A stretch of 43,861 bases of DNA from Octopus bimaculoides (taxonomy: Eukaryota). Below the pieces are notes generated by a model. The model worked only from the letters and a program-made list of their open reading frames with translations. It made no database searches and had not been told where the DNA came from. Where the stretch lies: NCBI RefSeq assembly GCF_001194135.2, contig NC_069004.1:24000113-24043973 (forward strand), given 5' to 3'. How positions within the stretch are numbered: position 1 is the stretch's first letter; each line of letters starts with the position of its first letter. Of this stretch, positions 13,203 to 25,090 are shown piece by piece. Both the position numbers and the translations under genes were made by a program.

Positions 13203-14049
13203 CACATACATACATACATCACATACATATTGTGTGCATGACACTGTATGTTAAACATAAACTAATATTTTCTAAATATGGCTTGAAAGTACTGGTGTTG
13301 ATTTTGTCATTCACTTTATGATTCTCAATTCAACCATTTTACACAGTTACTGTAAGGCTTTGCCTAAGATAACCACACACACGCATGCACGTGCACACAC
13401 ACACACTATTGTTTAATCTTATGTCATGCCTGATAGAGCAGATCTATAATTTAAAGGCAGGGTGAAATTTGGTTGAATGAAACTGTAGAGAATCCTTTTA
13501 TATATACATGTATGTATAGGTGTGTTTGTTCATGTCCCCTGACATAGAGGTTTGACAAATAGAGATTGATAAAATAACTCCCAGCCTTAGTAATAAGTGC
13601 TGGAATTAATACGATCAATGAAACCCTTGAACTTATCGCCTCCAGCTCCAGCATGGCCACAGTTCAATGACTGAAACCACGAAAAGAATATAAGAAAGGC
13701 CACAGCTTTACTTGAGACAAAAGAAGTCAATTGAATCAACCCCAACCCAAGTATATGACAGGTACTTATTGTTTGGTTCTGGTAGGATAACAGATAATAT
13801 TGGTTTCAAGCTTTGGTGCTAGGCCAGCAAGTTTGAGAATGAATTAAGTTGATTACATTGGCACCAGTGGTCAACTGGTACTTATTTTATTGATCCTGAA
13901 GGATGAAAGCCCGAGTGGACTTCAGCAGAGTTTGAACTCAGAGTGTAAAGATGGACAAAATGCATTTTGTCCTGTGTGATAATGATTCTGCCAGCTCATC
14001 ACCTTGGGATAACCAATAATGCTGACTGTAAAGTCAGTTTGGTTTTATT

Positions 14050-15600
14050 CTCTAATTCTATCATGGCACCTCTACCACACAACTATTATAGCTTCACTTC
14101 TGTGTATCCTCTCCTCGATTTCTGCCAATTATACCACTTATCATCTACCAATTCTACCACCCAGCATTCAGTGTTATCACTCAACTTCTGCCGGTTTTAC
14201 CACTTCTGCTGTTTTACAATTCAGTTTCTGTGAGGTGGGGTACCCAAAAGTAAACGGGAGCATTCTCTGTGGGACATGCCCATTGTAGTTCAGGCTTCCA
14301 CTGCTAGAAGCCACTTGATATGACCCTCAGGCATCATGTGCTACATCTTAGTTTTGCAGTGCTTTTCCCTGTTAATCGATTTTTGCGATGGCTGAAACGG
14401 AGGAACAGTGTGCTTCCATGAAATTCTGTTTTCTGCTGGGGCAAACGACAGTCAAAACAGTTGACATACTTCAAACAGCTTACATGGATGCTGCCATGAG
14501 TAAAACACAGGTTTATAAGTGGTTTTTCACACTTTAGGAATGGCCACTTGTCACTTGAAGACCAACCTTGTTTAGGGCAACTGTCGACCTCCTGAACGAA
14601 TGGAAACATCATGAAAATTCATAAACTGATCCTGGAGGACCATCACCAAACAATTGACCAATTTGTTGATATGTCTGTTGTGTCCTGGAGCTCGAATTTT
14701 GAGCAAGGAATTGTGAATGAGAAAAGTTGCAGCAAAATTTGTGTCTCACTTGCACACGGAAGATCAAAAGCTGTCATAACTGAATGCTTGTCGTTAACTG
14801 AAAGAACTGTTGGAAGTTAATCCAGACCTTTCTTCGGAGGTCATCACTGGCGATGAAAGCTGGTACTTTGGAATTTGTATATGTGGAAGAGGTGAAGAAA
14901 ACAATGATGGCAGCATTAAAAGGGATCACTTCGCAAGAGTTCCAGGACTGCTTCAAACAATGGAAAATGCATCTGGACCGATGCATTGCTTCAAATGGAG
15001 AATACTTTGAAGGTGATAAAAGTGTAAATATATAAAACTAAGTCAATAACATAATATCGCAAAATTCCAGTTTCTTTTGGGTACCCCTTCTTACCAATTC
15101 TGTTGCTTAATCACTAGCTTTATCACTGCAATTTTACCATGTAATTGCTACCACTTCTATCATTCAACTTCTATCTAGTCTACCATTCAAATCATTCCAG
15201 TTTACTGCTCAGCTTCTACTAATCCTATTATTCATCCAATTTATAACTCGATTCTACTTCTGATTCTACCACTCAATTTCTACCAAATTCTATCACTCAA
15301 ATTCTTCCTCTTGTATTCACATTATAACAATTTCACCACTCATTTTTTATGCATTCCACTACTCTAAATCTATCACTCACTTTCTATCAATCCTTCCATT
15401 CAACTTCTACCAATTTCACCATTCAAATTACACCAGTTTTAATACTCAACTCCTAATAGTTTTAACATCCAGGTTTTATTCTTCTTCTCAGCTTCTGAAT
15501 CTATCACTCACTTTCTACCACTTCTACCAATTTTATCACTCAGCCTCTACCTTCTCTACCACCCATCTTCTATCATTCCTGTCATTCTATGCCCTATACC
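14050..15600. repeat. Degenerate pyrimidine-rich minisatellite (ttcta(c/t)cactca-like) interrupted by the mariner
   Basis: The motif recurs at 14050-14225 and 15093-15600 on both sides of the transposon. Confidence 0.65.
14230..15093 (+). mobile_element. Internally deleted mariner transposon
   Basis: TIRs ggggtacccaaaag (14237-14250) and cttttgggtacccc (15074-15087); transposase remnants KTQVYKWF, ILEDHHQTI, VITGDESW, WKMHLDRCIASNGEYFEG; second D and D34D region missing. Confidence 0.88.
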
Positions 15601-15970
15601 TTTCTAAAAAAGGAAAAGCTTCTTATTAGTTTTACCATATTTCTTAGTTCTACCATTGGTGGATTTATGAAGATATTTTAAAGAATTACAAGTCAAAAAA
15701 TGAGTTAACCTTTTACCATTTATACTGAGCATATTTGGCCTAAATATTCTCCCTCTCTTATGTTCAAACTGGACAGATCTGGTCTCTTGCACATATCGTA
15801 CTATGTCATTCTAAAAAATAGACAATCACGTCATTGAATTCTCAAAGCCACAAGATAATGCATAATTAATTCAAACCATTGTGAATAAATAAGCATTACA
15901 TTTGACAGAGTAATCTGAATGTTAATGAGTTAAGGTTATGTTACAGTTTTCTTTCTATTTCTGCTGCTAG

Positions 15971-16092
15971 GTTCCAGAAAATGACTGAAAGAGAAAGACA
16001 GGAGATGAACTACGGATCGAGTTCTAAACTGGAAGCCACCTCTCATAAGATCAAAAAGACAGGTTCTGAAGACACATTCGGTAGACCAAGCA
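15971..16092 (+). CDS. Exon of uncharacterised plus-strand gene (FQKMTERERQEMNYGSSSKLEATSHKIKKTGSEDTFGRPS)
   Basis: Strong acceptor ttttctttctatttctgctgctag| and donor ca|gtaagt; 122 nt; only one frame is open; non-repetitive island. It may contain the start ATG (aaaATG). Confidence 0.6.
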
Positions 16093-16659
16093 GTAAGTAA
16101 AACCTATTGGTTATTATGGCTTTAAAAAAAAACTTCCCTAAATTTTGGGGGTGAAATCTGCTCTTTACTATGCAGTTGTCTAGGAATAAAACATTCTGAT
16201 GATGATCAGAGATCAAAACATTTGAAAAGTTATAAAGATGTAGTTCCATCCATCCATCCATCCATCCATCCATCCATTCGGCTTCTCTGCCTCCTACTCC
16301 TGGGAAGCCCATGGAGGGGGTAGAGGGAGTTCTCAGGCATTCTCTTCATGGGGTCCTATCAGAAGCAACCATTATTACTCTTTCCTTCTGGATTCCCAAG
16401 CATGACCAACTGAGAAAAAAGGCATGGCTCTGTGGTTAGAAGTTTGTTTCCCAACTACATGGTTCCAGGTTCAGTCCCACTGCATGACACATTGACCAAG
16501 TGTCTTCTACCACAGCCTTCTTGCCATGCAACCACGCCTGTGACTAATGTAGTCATTACAAAAAATATGTTGTCTCTGAGAGAAAAATAGTCTGAGAAGT
16601 GAAAGTCTTATTAACAATAACATATCTGAAACATTCAGAATTTTAATTAACTTCCTATA

Positions 16660-18490
16660 ACGGAAGTAGTAGTAGTAGTAGTAGTAGTAGTATGTGTAGC
16701 ATGTGTAGCAGTGGTCTGATACCTGTGTTGCCTAGGAACAGCTTCATATCATTTCTGTATGCAGGCATCAGACTAAAGCTCACACTAATCCACTTAACAA
16801 GTAACTTGAGCGATTGAGTTTTTTTTCTTAGCTTCATTCAATACTGCCATTTGCTGCTACTACTACTACCACCACCACCACCATCACCACTACCACCTCC
16901 CCCTCCTCTTCCTCCACCACCACTTTTACTGACTGCCATCATCACTCTGCTCACTGCCATTAATTATACCACGGCTACCACCACCACCACCACCACGACC
17001 AATGCCACCAGGCACCAACACTACCAGGACCACCACCACTGGGAACTACTACTACCACCACCACTGGGAACTACTACTACCACCACCAACACATCAACTA
17101 CTGCCACCAGCACCACTAAAGCAGGATTCACCACCACCACCACCATCACCACCACCGTCACCAACTACAACAACAACACCATCACACACTAAGCTCAACA
17201 ACAACAACAACACCAAGCAAGTTGTTTCCTTTTATAGTTACATTTGTTTGCTTTTTACAGTAGCGAATGACAGCACCATGGGGGAAAAGGTGAGTGAGAA
17301 ACGAAGTGGTGAATAATGTCACCTGGAGGTGTCAACTAAACAGCTGCAATCTCTCATTCCACACTCCCTCCTCCCTCTTCTTTTAACTTTTTATTTATTT
17401 ACTTTTGTAAATTTCTCTCTTTCATTTCTTTGAGGATTATTTTGCATTTAGTGTTTTTTGTTGCTAATCATCATCATCATCATCACTGTTATTATCATTA
17501 CTACCATCATTATTATTATCATCATCCTCCTTGTTGTTGTTGTTCTTCTTCCTCCTCCTCCTCCTCCTTCTTCTTCATATTCTTCATTCTTCTTCTTCTC
17601 CGCCTCCTCCTTCTTCTTCTTCTTCTCCTTCTCCTCCTCCTTCATTCTTCTTCTTCTTCTTCTCCTCCTCCTTCTTCTTCTTCTTCATTCTTCTTCTTCT
17701 TCTCCTCCTCCTCCTTCTTCTTCTTCTCCATTCTCCTCCTCCTCCTTCTTCATTCTTCTTCTCCTCCTTCTCCATTCTTCTTGTTCTCATCATCATCATC
17801 ATCATCACCATCATCCTCTGTTGTTATTTGCTCTGCCCCCCCCCCGCCACTCCCATTTGTTGCTCTAAGCGGATTGCATTTCTGGTTTAAGCCATAACAA
17901 GGCGTTAAGGCATTACTGACACAAAATGCAACAACTGCAACAACAACAGCAAGTGCAGTGGCAGGAGAGAATCTGAAACATAAACACAGCCTGAACAACA
18001 ACAACAACAACACAAACAACGAATCTAAGATGCAAAGACAGATCCAAACGACATCAACAAGCTTCACCAACAAAGATGACAACAGTGGTGCTGGTGCTGG
18101 TGGGGGTGGGGGGTGATGGTGATATGGGGGTGTAATGATTACAATGATGTTGGTGATTATAGAGATGATGATGATGATGATGATGAAGATGATGTGATTA
18201 CAATTATCGTAGTGAGTATGGTAATGATGTTGACAATGATGATGATGATAAAAGGTCATGACGACGATGATGATGATGTTGACAATGATGAAGATGGCAA
18301 CAATGATTATGATAGTGATGGTGGTGATGACAATGACGATGCTGAATAAAGCTGATACTGGTGGGAGTGGTGATGATGATGTTGATGACGATAGTAATGG
18401 TGGTGATGATGATGTTGATGACGATAGTAATGGTGGTGGTGGTGGTGGTAGTAGGAGGATTGGTGATAGTGATGATGATGGTAATGAACA
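16660..18490. repeat. Cluster of trinucleotide arrays (AGT, CAC/TAC, CTT/CTC, GAT/GGT) around the 17261 exon
   Basis: Direct reading. Confidence 0.85.
17261..17289 (+). CDS. 29-nt exon (IANDSTMGEK) of the plus-strand gene
   Basis: Acceptor tttgtttgctttttacag| and donor aag|gtgagt; the only open frame (phase 1) matches the end phase of exon 15971-16092. Confidence 0.55.
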
Positions 18491-19151
18491 ACAGGCGTAA
18501 TAATAAATTAATAACAAATTAAAATTTGTTATAACACACCCACACACACATTCACCCAGACACACACAGCATACACACACACACACGTGCGTGCACACAA
18601 TTCTACACGCATACAAACAGAGGTTAGAATTCAATTTAAATCTCTTCAGATTATGCATTAGCATGAAATTTGTTTTGTTTTTGTTAGCGTTTTGTATTGT
18701 ATAGGGGAGCACGTGTGTATATGTATGTGTGTATATATATATATGTATGTGTATGGGTATATATATATATATGTGTGTGTTTATATTTGTATGTATGTGT
18801 GCATATGTGTGTGTGTATATATATGTGTGTGTTTTATATATGTTTATGTATGTGTATTTCTGTGTGTATGTGTGTGTATAGGTGCAGATATGACTATGTG
18901 GCTAAGTCCACCTTGTAGCTATATGGTTTCAGATTCAGTTCCACTGTATGGCAATAACCTCAATGTATGTATACATACCTATATGCTGGCGTGTGTGTGT
19001 TGATATGCCACAGCGTCCCTTGTCGCCTCCAAAGTCAAATAGTCACAGAATGTTTTACATTCTGTAGCCAAATGCTCTTGTTAACTCTTACCGTTTCCAA
19101 GTCAGGTCATATTTCTTCTAATTCTTCAAACAATGAACGGCTCAATAGCAG

Positions 19152-19220
19152 GACATGTTTTCACAGAAGATGGCAAACAAACAACACCGTTTTTATGATG
19201 GTTACTTTTGTTTACGATTA
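19152..19220 (+). CDS. Candidate exon (DMFSQKMANKQHRFYDGYFCLRL); alternative donor at 19235
   Basis: Branch-like ttctaat, tandem TAGCAG acceptor, donors ta|gtgagc or cag|gtcagt, phase 0 at both ends. Other readings of this island are possible. Confidence 0.3.
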
Positions 19221-19429
19221 GTGAGCACATATCAGGTCAGTGACACACAGACACACATTCAGAAGTGTGTGGCATGGCTATGTGATTAAAAAGCAAGCTT
19301 CTCAATCACATGGTTCAGTCCTACATTGTAGCAATTTGGGCATCTTGTACTGTAGCCCTAGGCTGACTAAAGCCTTGTGCTTGGATTTGGTACATGGAAA
19401 CTGAAAGAAGCCCATTGTATATATTCTTT

Positions 19430-19631
19430 TATTCTTTTACTTATTTCAGTCATTTGACTGTGGCCATGCTAGAGCACTGCCCTTAGTTGAACAAACCAAC
19501 CCTAGGACTTATTCTTTGTAAGCCTATTACTTATTCTATTGGCCTCTTTTTGCCAAACTGCTAAGTGACGGGGATGTAAACACACTAACATCTGTTGTCA
19601 AGTGATGGTGGGGGAACAAACACGGACAGAA

Positions 19632-19703
<72 letters not shown>

Positions 19704-19835
19704 GACGGGTTTCTTTCAGTTTCCGTCTACCAAATCCACTCACAAGTGGTTGGCCTGAGGCTATAGTAGAAGACACGCAGCAGGATTGAACCCGGAACCA
19801 TGTGGTTGGGAAGCAAGCTTCTCACCACAGCCACT
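19430..19835 (-). mobile_element. SINE family A, full length, next to a plus-strand partial copy (19270-19420)
   Basis: Homology to 2030-2422; internal (TA)n expanded. Confidence 0.8.
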
Positions 19836-19845
19836 CCTCTCTCTC

Positions 19846-19917
<72 letters not shown>

Positions 19918-20071
19918 AACAATATATGAGTATATGCATATATATGTACGTGTATGTATATACGTTCATCTACATGTACATATAGATACATAACTGGGTA
20001 CATGACTTGGCAAAAGAACATGGACAAAATGGTAAACAAAGTGCAACAAACAAGCAGGCCACATAGAAACA

Positions 20072-20129
20072 TCCCCTTCATCAGCTGCCACCATTAAAAC
20101 TCCGGCGTTTCGAAGAATTAAGGCAGTAT
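20072..20129 (-). ncRNA. Second, gap-truncated copy of the permuted hammerhead
   Basis: CUGCC...UCUUC GAAACGC...GGCAG CUGAUGA A GGGGA; stem I A-U changed to G-C relative to the 21131 copy. Confidence 0.5.
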
Positions 20130-20901
20130 NNNNNNNNNNNNNNNNNNNNNNNNNNNNNNNNNNNNNNNNNNNNNNNNNNNNNNNNNNNNNNNNNNNNNNN
20201 NNNNNNNNNNNNNNNNNNNNNNNNNNNNNNNNNNNNNNNNNNNNNNNNNNNNNNNNNNNNNNNNNNNNNNNNNNNNNNNNNNNNNNNNNNNNNNNNNNNN
20301 NNNNNNNNNNNNNNNNNNNNNNNNNNNNNNNNNNNNNNNNNNNNNNNNNNNNNNNNNNNNNNNNNNNNNNNNNNNNNNNNNNNNNNNNNNNNNNNNNNNN
20401 NNNNNNNNNNNNNNNNNNNNNNNNNNNNNNNNNNNNNNNNNNNNNNNNNNNNNNNNNNNNNNNNNNNNNNNNNNNNNNNNNNNNNNNNNNNNNNNNNNNN
20501 NNNNNNNNNNNNNNNNNNNNNNNNNNNNNNNNNNNNNNNNNNNNNNNNNNNNNNNNNNNNNNNNNNNNNNNNNNNNNNNNNNNNNNNNNNNNNNNNNNNN
20601 NNNNNNNNNNNNNNNNNNNNNNNNNNNNNNNNNNNNNNNNNNNNNNNNNNNNNNNNNNNNNNNNNNNNNNNNNNNNNNNNNNNNNNNNNNNNNNNNNNNN
20701 NNNNNNNNNNNNNNNNNNNNNNNNNNNNNNNNNNNNNNNNNNNNNNNNNNNNNNNNNNNNNNNNNNNNNNNNNNNNNNNNNNNNNNNNNNNNNNNNNNNN
20801 NNNNNNNNNNNNNNNNNNNNNNNNNNNNNNNNNNNNNNNNNNNNNNNNNNNNNNNNNNNNNNNNNNNNNNNNNNNNNNNNNNNNNNNNNNNCCTCTCTCT
20901 C

Positions 20902-20951
<50 letters not shown>

Positions 20952-21130
20952 CTTACAGATTGGTGACGCTGCGTTCGGTCATGTAAAAACAAATAGTAAA
21001 TGAGTATATGCATATATGCGTACAGGTATGTGCATACCGACATCCACCTGTATGTATAGGTGCATATCTGGGTACAGGGCATTGCAAACAAAATGTACAC
21101 GAGAAAACACACAAGCCACATAGAGAACAT

Positions 21131-21208
21131 TCTCCTTCATCAGCTACCCCCGTTTTAACACCGGCGTTTCGAAGAGCTGGGTAGGACGCATCGTTAAAAC
21201 GGCTCTTC
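21131..21208 (-). ncRNA. Hammerhead ribozyme motif with non-circularly permuted strand order
   Basis: GCGUC/CUACCC-agc-UCUUC GAA ACGC ... GGGUAG CUGAUGA A GGAGA: stem I 6 bp, stem II 5 bp, stem III 4 bp, GUC cleavage triplet. Confidence 0.62.
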
Positions 21209-21518
21209 CCATTGAAATTGAAAGCAGAACTACAGCAGAACTACAGGCACCACCAGAGAAATTGTAAAAGAAACCGTTTTTTCTTCTTTCTCCTCACCTT
21301 TTTGTCTTTCTTTTCCACTTTTTTTTGATAAAAACTCAGTGTGACTGAACTTTCAGTAATGTACATTTGTTATAGTTTTTGCCGTACATTTACGTTGATA
21401 TCACTATTTATCTCTAGGAAAGTCATTGAAATTTCTGTGGACATTTGAACGTTTGATGGTTTAAACATGTTTGTCCAATTTTTACTTTGTAACTTTCAAC
21501 TCTTCCGAAACCTCTTTC

Positions 21519-21586
<68 letters not shown>

Positions 21587-22586
21587 CAGTGATCAAAAAA
21601 TTGTCAAAACTAGTTTGGTGTGTGAATAAATCTATTCAAAAATGACTACATGTTTTTTAGATTCAGATGCATTTTCAAACCTCAAAACAAATCCTTCTGT
21701 GTGTGTGTGTGTGTGTGTGTGTGCATGTGTATAAGTATTACTAATGTCACATACTTGTATATAATATGTATATATCTATGTGTGTATGGCCTTTGTGTCT
21801 GTGTTTCTTCCCCATGACGGCTAGACAACCGGTGTTAGTGTGTTTATGTTCATGTTACTTAGTGGTTCAGCAAAAGAGATTGATAAAACAAGTACCTGGC
21901 TTAACAAAAAGAAAAATAGTACTTCGGTCAATTCATTCAATTAAAAATTCTTCAAGGCAGTGCCCCAGCATGGCTGCAGTCTAATGACTGAAACAAGTAA
22001 AAGACAAAAAATTAAATCAGAGACGAGTTGATGGTGATGACGATGACGATGATATGGTGGGTTTCTTCCAGTTTCCCCTTTACCAAATTTTACTTGCAGA
22101 GCATTTGGGGAGCTCATAACTATTAGTGAAGACACAAGCTAATCGTGTTCCATCGTAGGAATAATCACTGAACTGTGTGGTTCCAAAGCAAATTTATTAG
22201 CTACGTAGTGATGTTGTGATCTATTATCTTGTAGATTACAATCAAATGTTATTATTAAAAAAGATACAAGTAACTTCAAATGTATCAAGTCACTTAACCA
22301 TCTTCTCTTTGGCAAACAAAATAATACTTTGTTTGATTCCAAAACTTGATATTAATCTAGTTTTAGAGAGGTGTATACATCAAATGCTCAAGTCACAAAT
22401 TATTTATCATAGCTGACATCATGGGAAAAAAAAAAAGATATGTTTACTGCTAATAGTGTTTATGGTATCTGCAATTGTGTTGTATTGATGTGAGACAAGT
22501 GCATACATAAAAAGCAAAAATATTTTGAGATGGAATCATTGATGTTTGAGATGAGATGTTTTAGTAGAATTCTTGGCATTATCTAG

Positions 22587-22686
22587 AGCAAGTACTGGAC
22601 CCACCAGCCAATCAGTCAGTTACTCATAGAAGAACTTAGTGCTTTGGCTGGGAAGGAAGAAAGACTTGCAGAAGCGACAAGAGGAA
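22587..22686 (+). CDS. Weak candidate exon (SKYWTHQPISQLLIEELSALAGKEERLAEATRG)
   Basis: tatctag| ... aa|gtaaca; open frame phase 0 to 1 would bridge 19220 and 25871. Splice sites are mediocre and a repeat lies next to it. Confidence 0.22.
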
Positions 22687-22699
22687 GTAACATATAAGA

Positions 22700-23125
22700 T
22701 AGCTCTATTTCAAACGTTGGGCGATATGCCATGCTTGAGAAAACCTGTCTAACCAAGTGAAATCATAGTTGTTGCTGATGCCAGTGTCACTTAAAAGGCA
22801 CTCTTTAAATGTTGACCCTCACGGAGGTAGTGATTAGGGACCAAGAACTTTGGTGATATACCGTGCTTGAAAAGACCCTTTAAGTTGCGATCATAGGTGT
22901 GGCCAATGCCAGCGTTACGTAACTGGCACCCATGCTAGTGACATGTAAAAAGCACCCACTATCCTCTTGGAGTGTTTGGTGTTAGGAAGGGCATCCAGCT
23001 GTAGAGACCATGCTCATTTAGATTGGAACCTTGTGCAGCTCCCCATCTTACCAGTTTTCAATCAAACAGTCCAACCCATGCCAGCATGGAAAACAGACTT
23101 AAAATGATGATGATGATGATGATGA
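22700..23125 (+). mobile_element. LINE-tail/SINE repeat ending gcatggaaaacagac..aaatgatgatgat
   Basis: Same tail at 8290-8590(-), 8700-8890(+), 8965-9230(-), 25130-25310(+), 33950-34060(-); a (TGA)n terminus is typical of RTE-type tails. Confidence 0.7.
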
Positions 23126-23139
23126 ATACATCAGTAAAA

Positions 23140-23490
23140 TGCCAGAGTTATGGTTCTGAGTTCAGTCCCACTGCATGGCGCCTTGGGCAAGTGTCTTCTA
23201 CTATAGCCTTAGGCTGACCAAAGTCTTATGAGTGGATTTGGTAGATGGAAACTAAAAGAAGCCTGTTGTATATACATATGTGTGTGTGTTCATGTTTGTC
23301 CCCTCCACCGTTGCTCAACAATCGGTGTTGGTGTGTTTAAGTCCCCGAAACTTAGCAGTTTCACAAAAGAAACCAATAGAAAAAGTACTAGGCTTACAAA
23401 TAATAAGTCCTGGGGCTGATTTGTTCGACTGAGGCAGTGCTTCAGCATGGCCAGTCAAACGACTGAAACGACTAAAAGAATAAAAGTATA
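23140..23490 (+). mobile_element. SINE family A
   Basis: Homology to 2030-2422. Confidence 0.8.
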
Positions 23491-23660
23491 AACACACATG
23501 GTGGGGGTAGTGGTAGCAATGTTAGTTGTGGTGGTGGTAGTGACAGCAGTAGTAGTATTTGTAATGATGGTATGATAGCAGCAGTAAGGCAAGGTGCTGT
23601 TGCAGCTTGTGGAAATGTTGTGAGGAGAGAAAAGAACAGAGAATCGAAGAAAGAGAGGGG

Positions 23661-23694
<34 letters not shown>

Positions 23695-24314
23695 GGTGGA
23701 AGCTGGGAAGATGGATGTAGGCAGATAGGTAGAGAGGTAGTGAGGAGGGCTGACATGAAATTGTTAATTAACAATTAACTGCTGCAAGAAATGCATAATT
23801 AATGTATGATTAAGTGACATGCTTCATAAACAGAATTGCCAATAGCATTGGCATTGTAGACAAGGTCCTGGGTCTGTGATGTGACCAGGGGTTTGGCATG
23901 ATGTCAGACAATGGGTGTGGCACTGTGCCATGTTTTGTTATTCTGTTCTTTACCAAGAAGACAACACACTGCCCAGTCCAGGAATCGAACTCACTATCTG
24001 ATGATTGTGAACCTGGCACTCTAACCACTGGGCCATGTGCCTTTGTAGAAATGAGTTGCAACATCTCTAGTGCTAAGCTGTATCAGTCTTTGCCTTACCG
24101 TTGGATAACATCGGTGACATGGAGAAGGGGAGGCTGGTAGGCATGGGCAATTGCTGGTCTTTCACAAAAACAACTTTGTCCGGACTTGTGTCTGGGAGGG
24201 TAACTTTTTAGGTGCAATCCCATGGTCATTCATGACCAAGGGTCTTTACTTATTTATCAAATCCATAGGTACTGAGTTCAAAATCCACTGCAGGTATCTG
24301 GTTTTTCTCGTGCC

Positions 24315-25090
24315 TAGCTGTATTTAAGAAGACCCATCCTCCACAGTAGAAGTAGAAGCACCAACAAAATTCTTAAGAGTGACCCCCAATCCAAATTCAA
24401 ATTCGGGAAAATCACCTGCCGAGTTGATGTTGTGTAAAGAATAAAATCGCTTTTTGATAAGTTATTGCCAGAGAAAAAAGGATGTAAAGGAAATATGAAA
24501 GATATGACGAAATATTTTGAAGTAGGAGTAAAGTGCATTTTAAAACCTACAAAAAAATGGTAAAGAAGGCTGGGAGGATGACCTTGTAACCAAAAAAACT
24601 AGGAAGTATGATGTATCTAATTAAAGGATCATGTTGGGAACATGAGACACATAAATCAGCTAAAAAGGAGACATACCAAAGAACAGAGAGAAATTCCTAT
24701 GGAAGTATTTTTTTAATGTATTTGATGTCCCAACACCGAAAGTAATGCAGTCCCATAGAACCAGCATGAAAAAAACGGAAGCAGACCGGACACCTTGAGA
24801 TAAGGCCCAAGTGAAAAAGATACTAAAAAGTTATAATAAAATTTCTTTATTCCTTTGAAACTCAAAATCTCAAAAGGTGAGATGTTGTATGAGAGTACGA
24901 CACTCTCAGATGAGAATAGACGAGACCGCTATATATAAATAGTAGCGGTCGGATGTAGTCAGTAGTTTGTAGTTTGGTCTTTGAAGTCCAGGTAACAGTT
25001 TACAGTTCGAGTTAGTGTGTTGGAAATATTGATTGTTGGTTCGTTACATCTTTGTTATTGTCACTGTTTCTATTTTGTATTGTTATAACA
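24315..25090 (+). mobile_element. Gypsy/Ty3 LTR retrotransposon 3' fragment (integrase C-terminus, PPT, LTR ~24883-25090)
   Basis: Frameshifted KFLRVTPNPNSNSGKSPAELM, GKEGWEDDLV, LGSMMYLIKG, RHINQLKRRH; purine tract aaaaggtgaga directly before TGTTGT; LTR ends ...TATAACA. Confidence 0.75.

Larger units (their letters stand above)
19921..21280 (-). repeat. Two diverged copies of one hammerhead-bearing repeat flanking the 20130-20891 gap
   Basis: 19921-20129 aligns with ~20995-21190 (atgagtatatgcatatatg...ctgggtaca...ccacatagaaacat...ccttcatcagct...ccggcgtttcgaaga). Confidence 0.7.
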
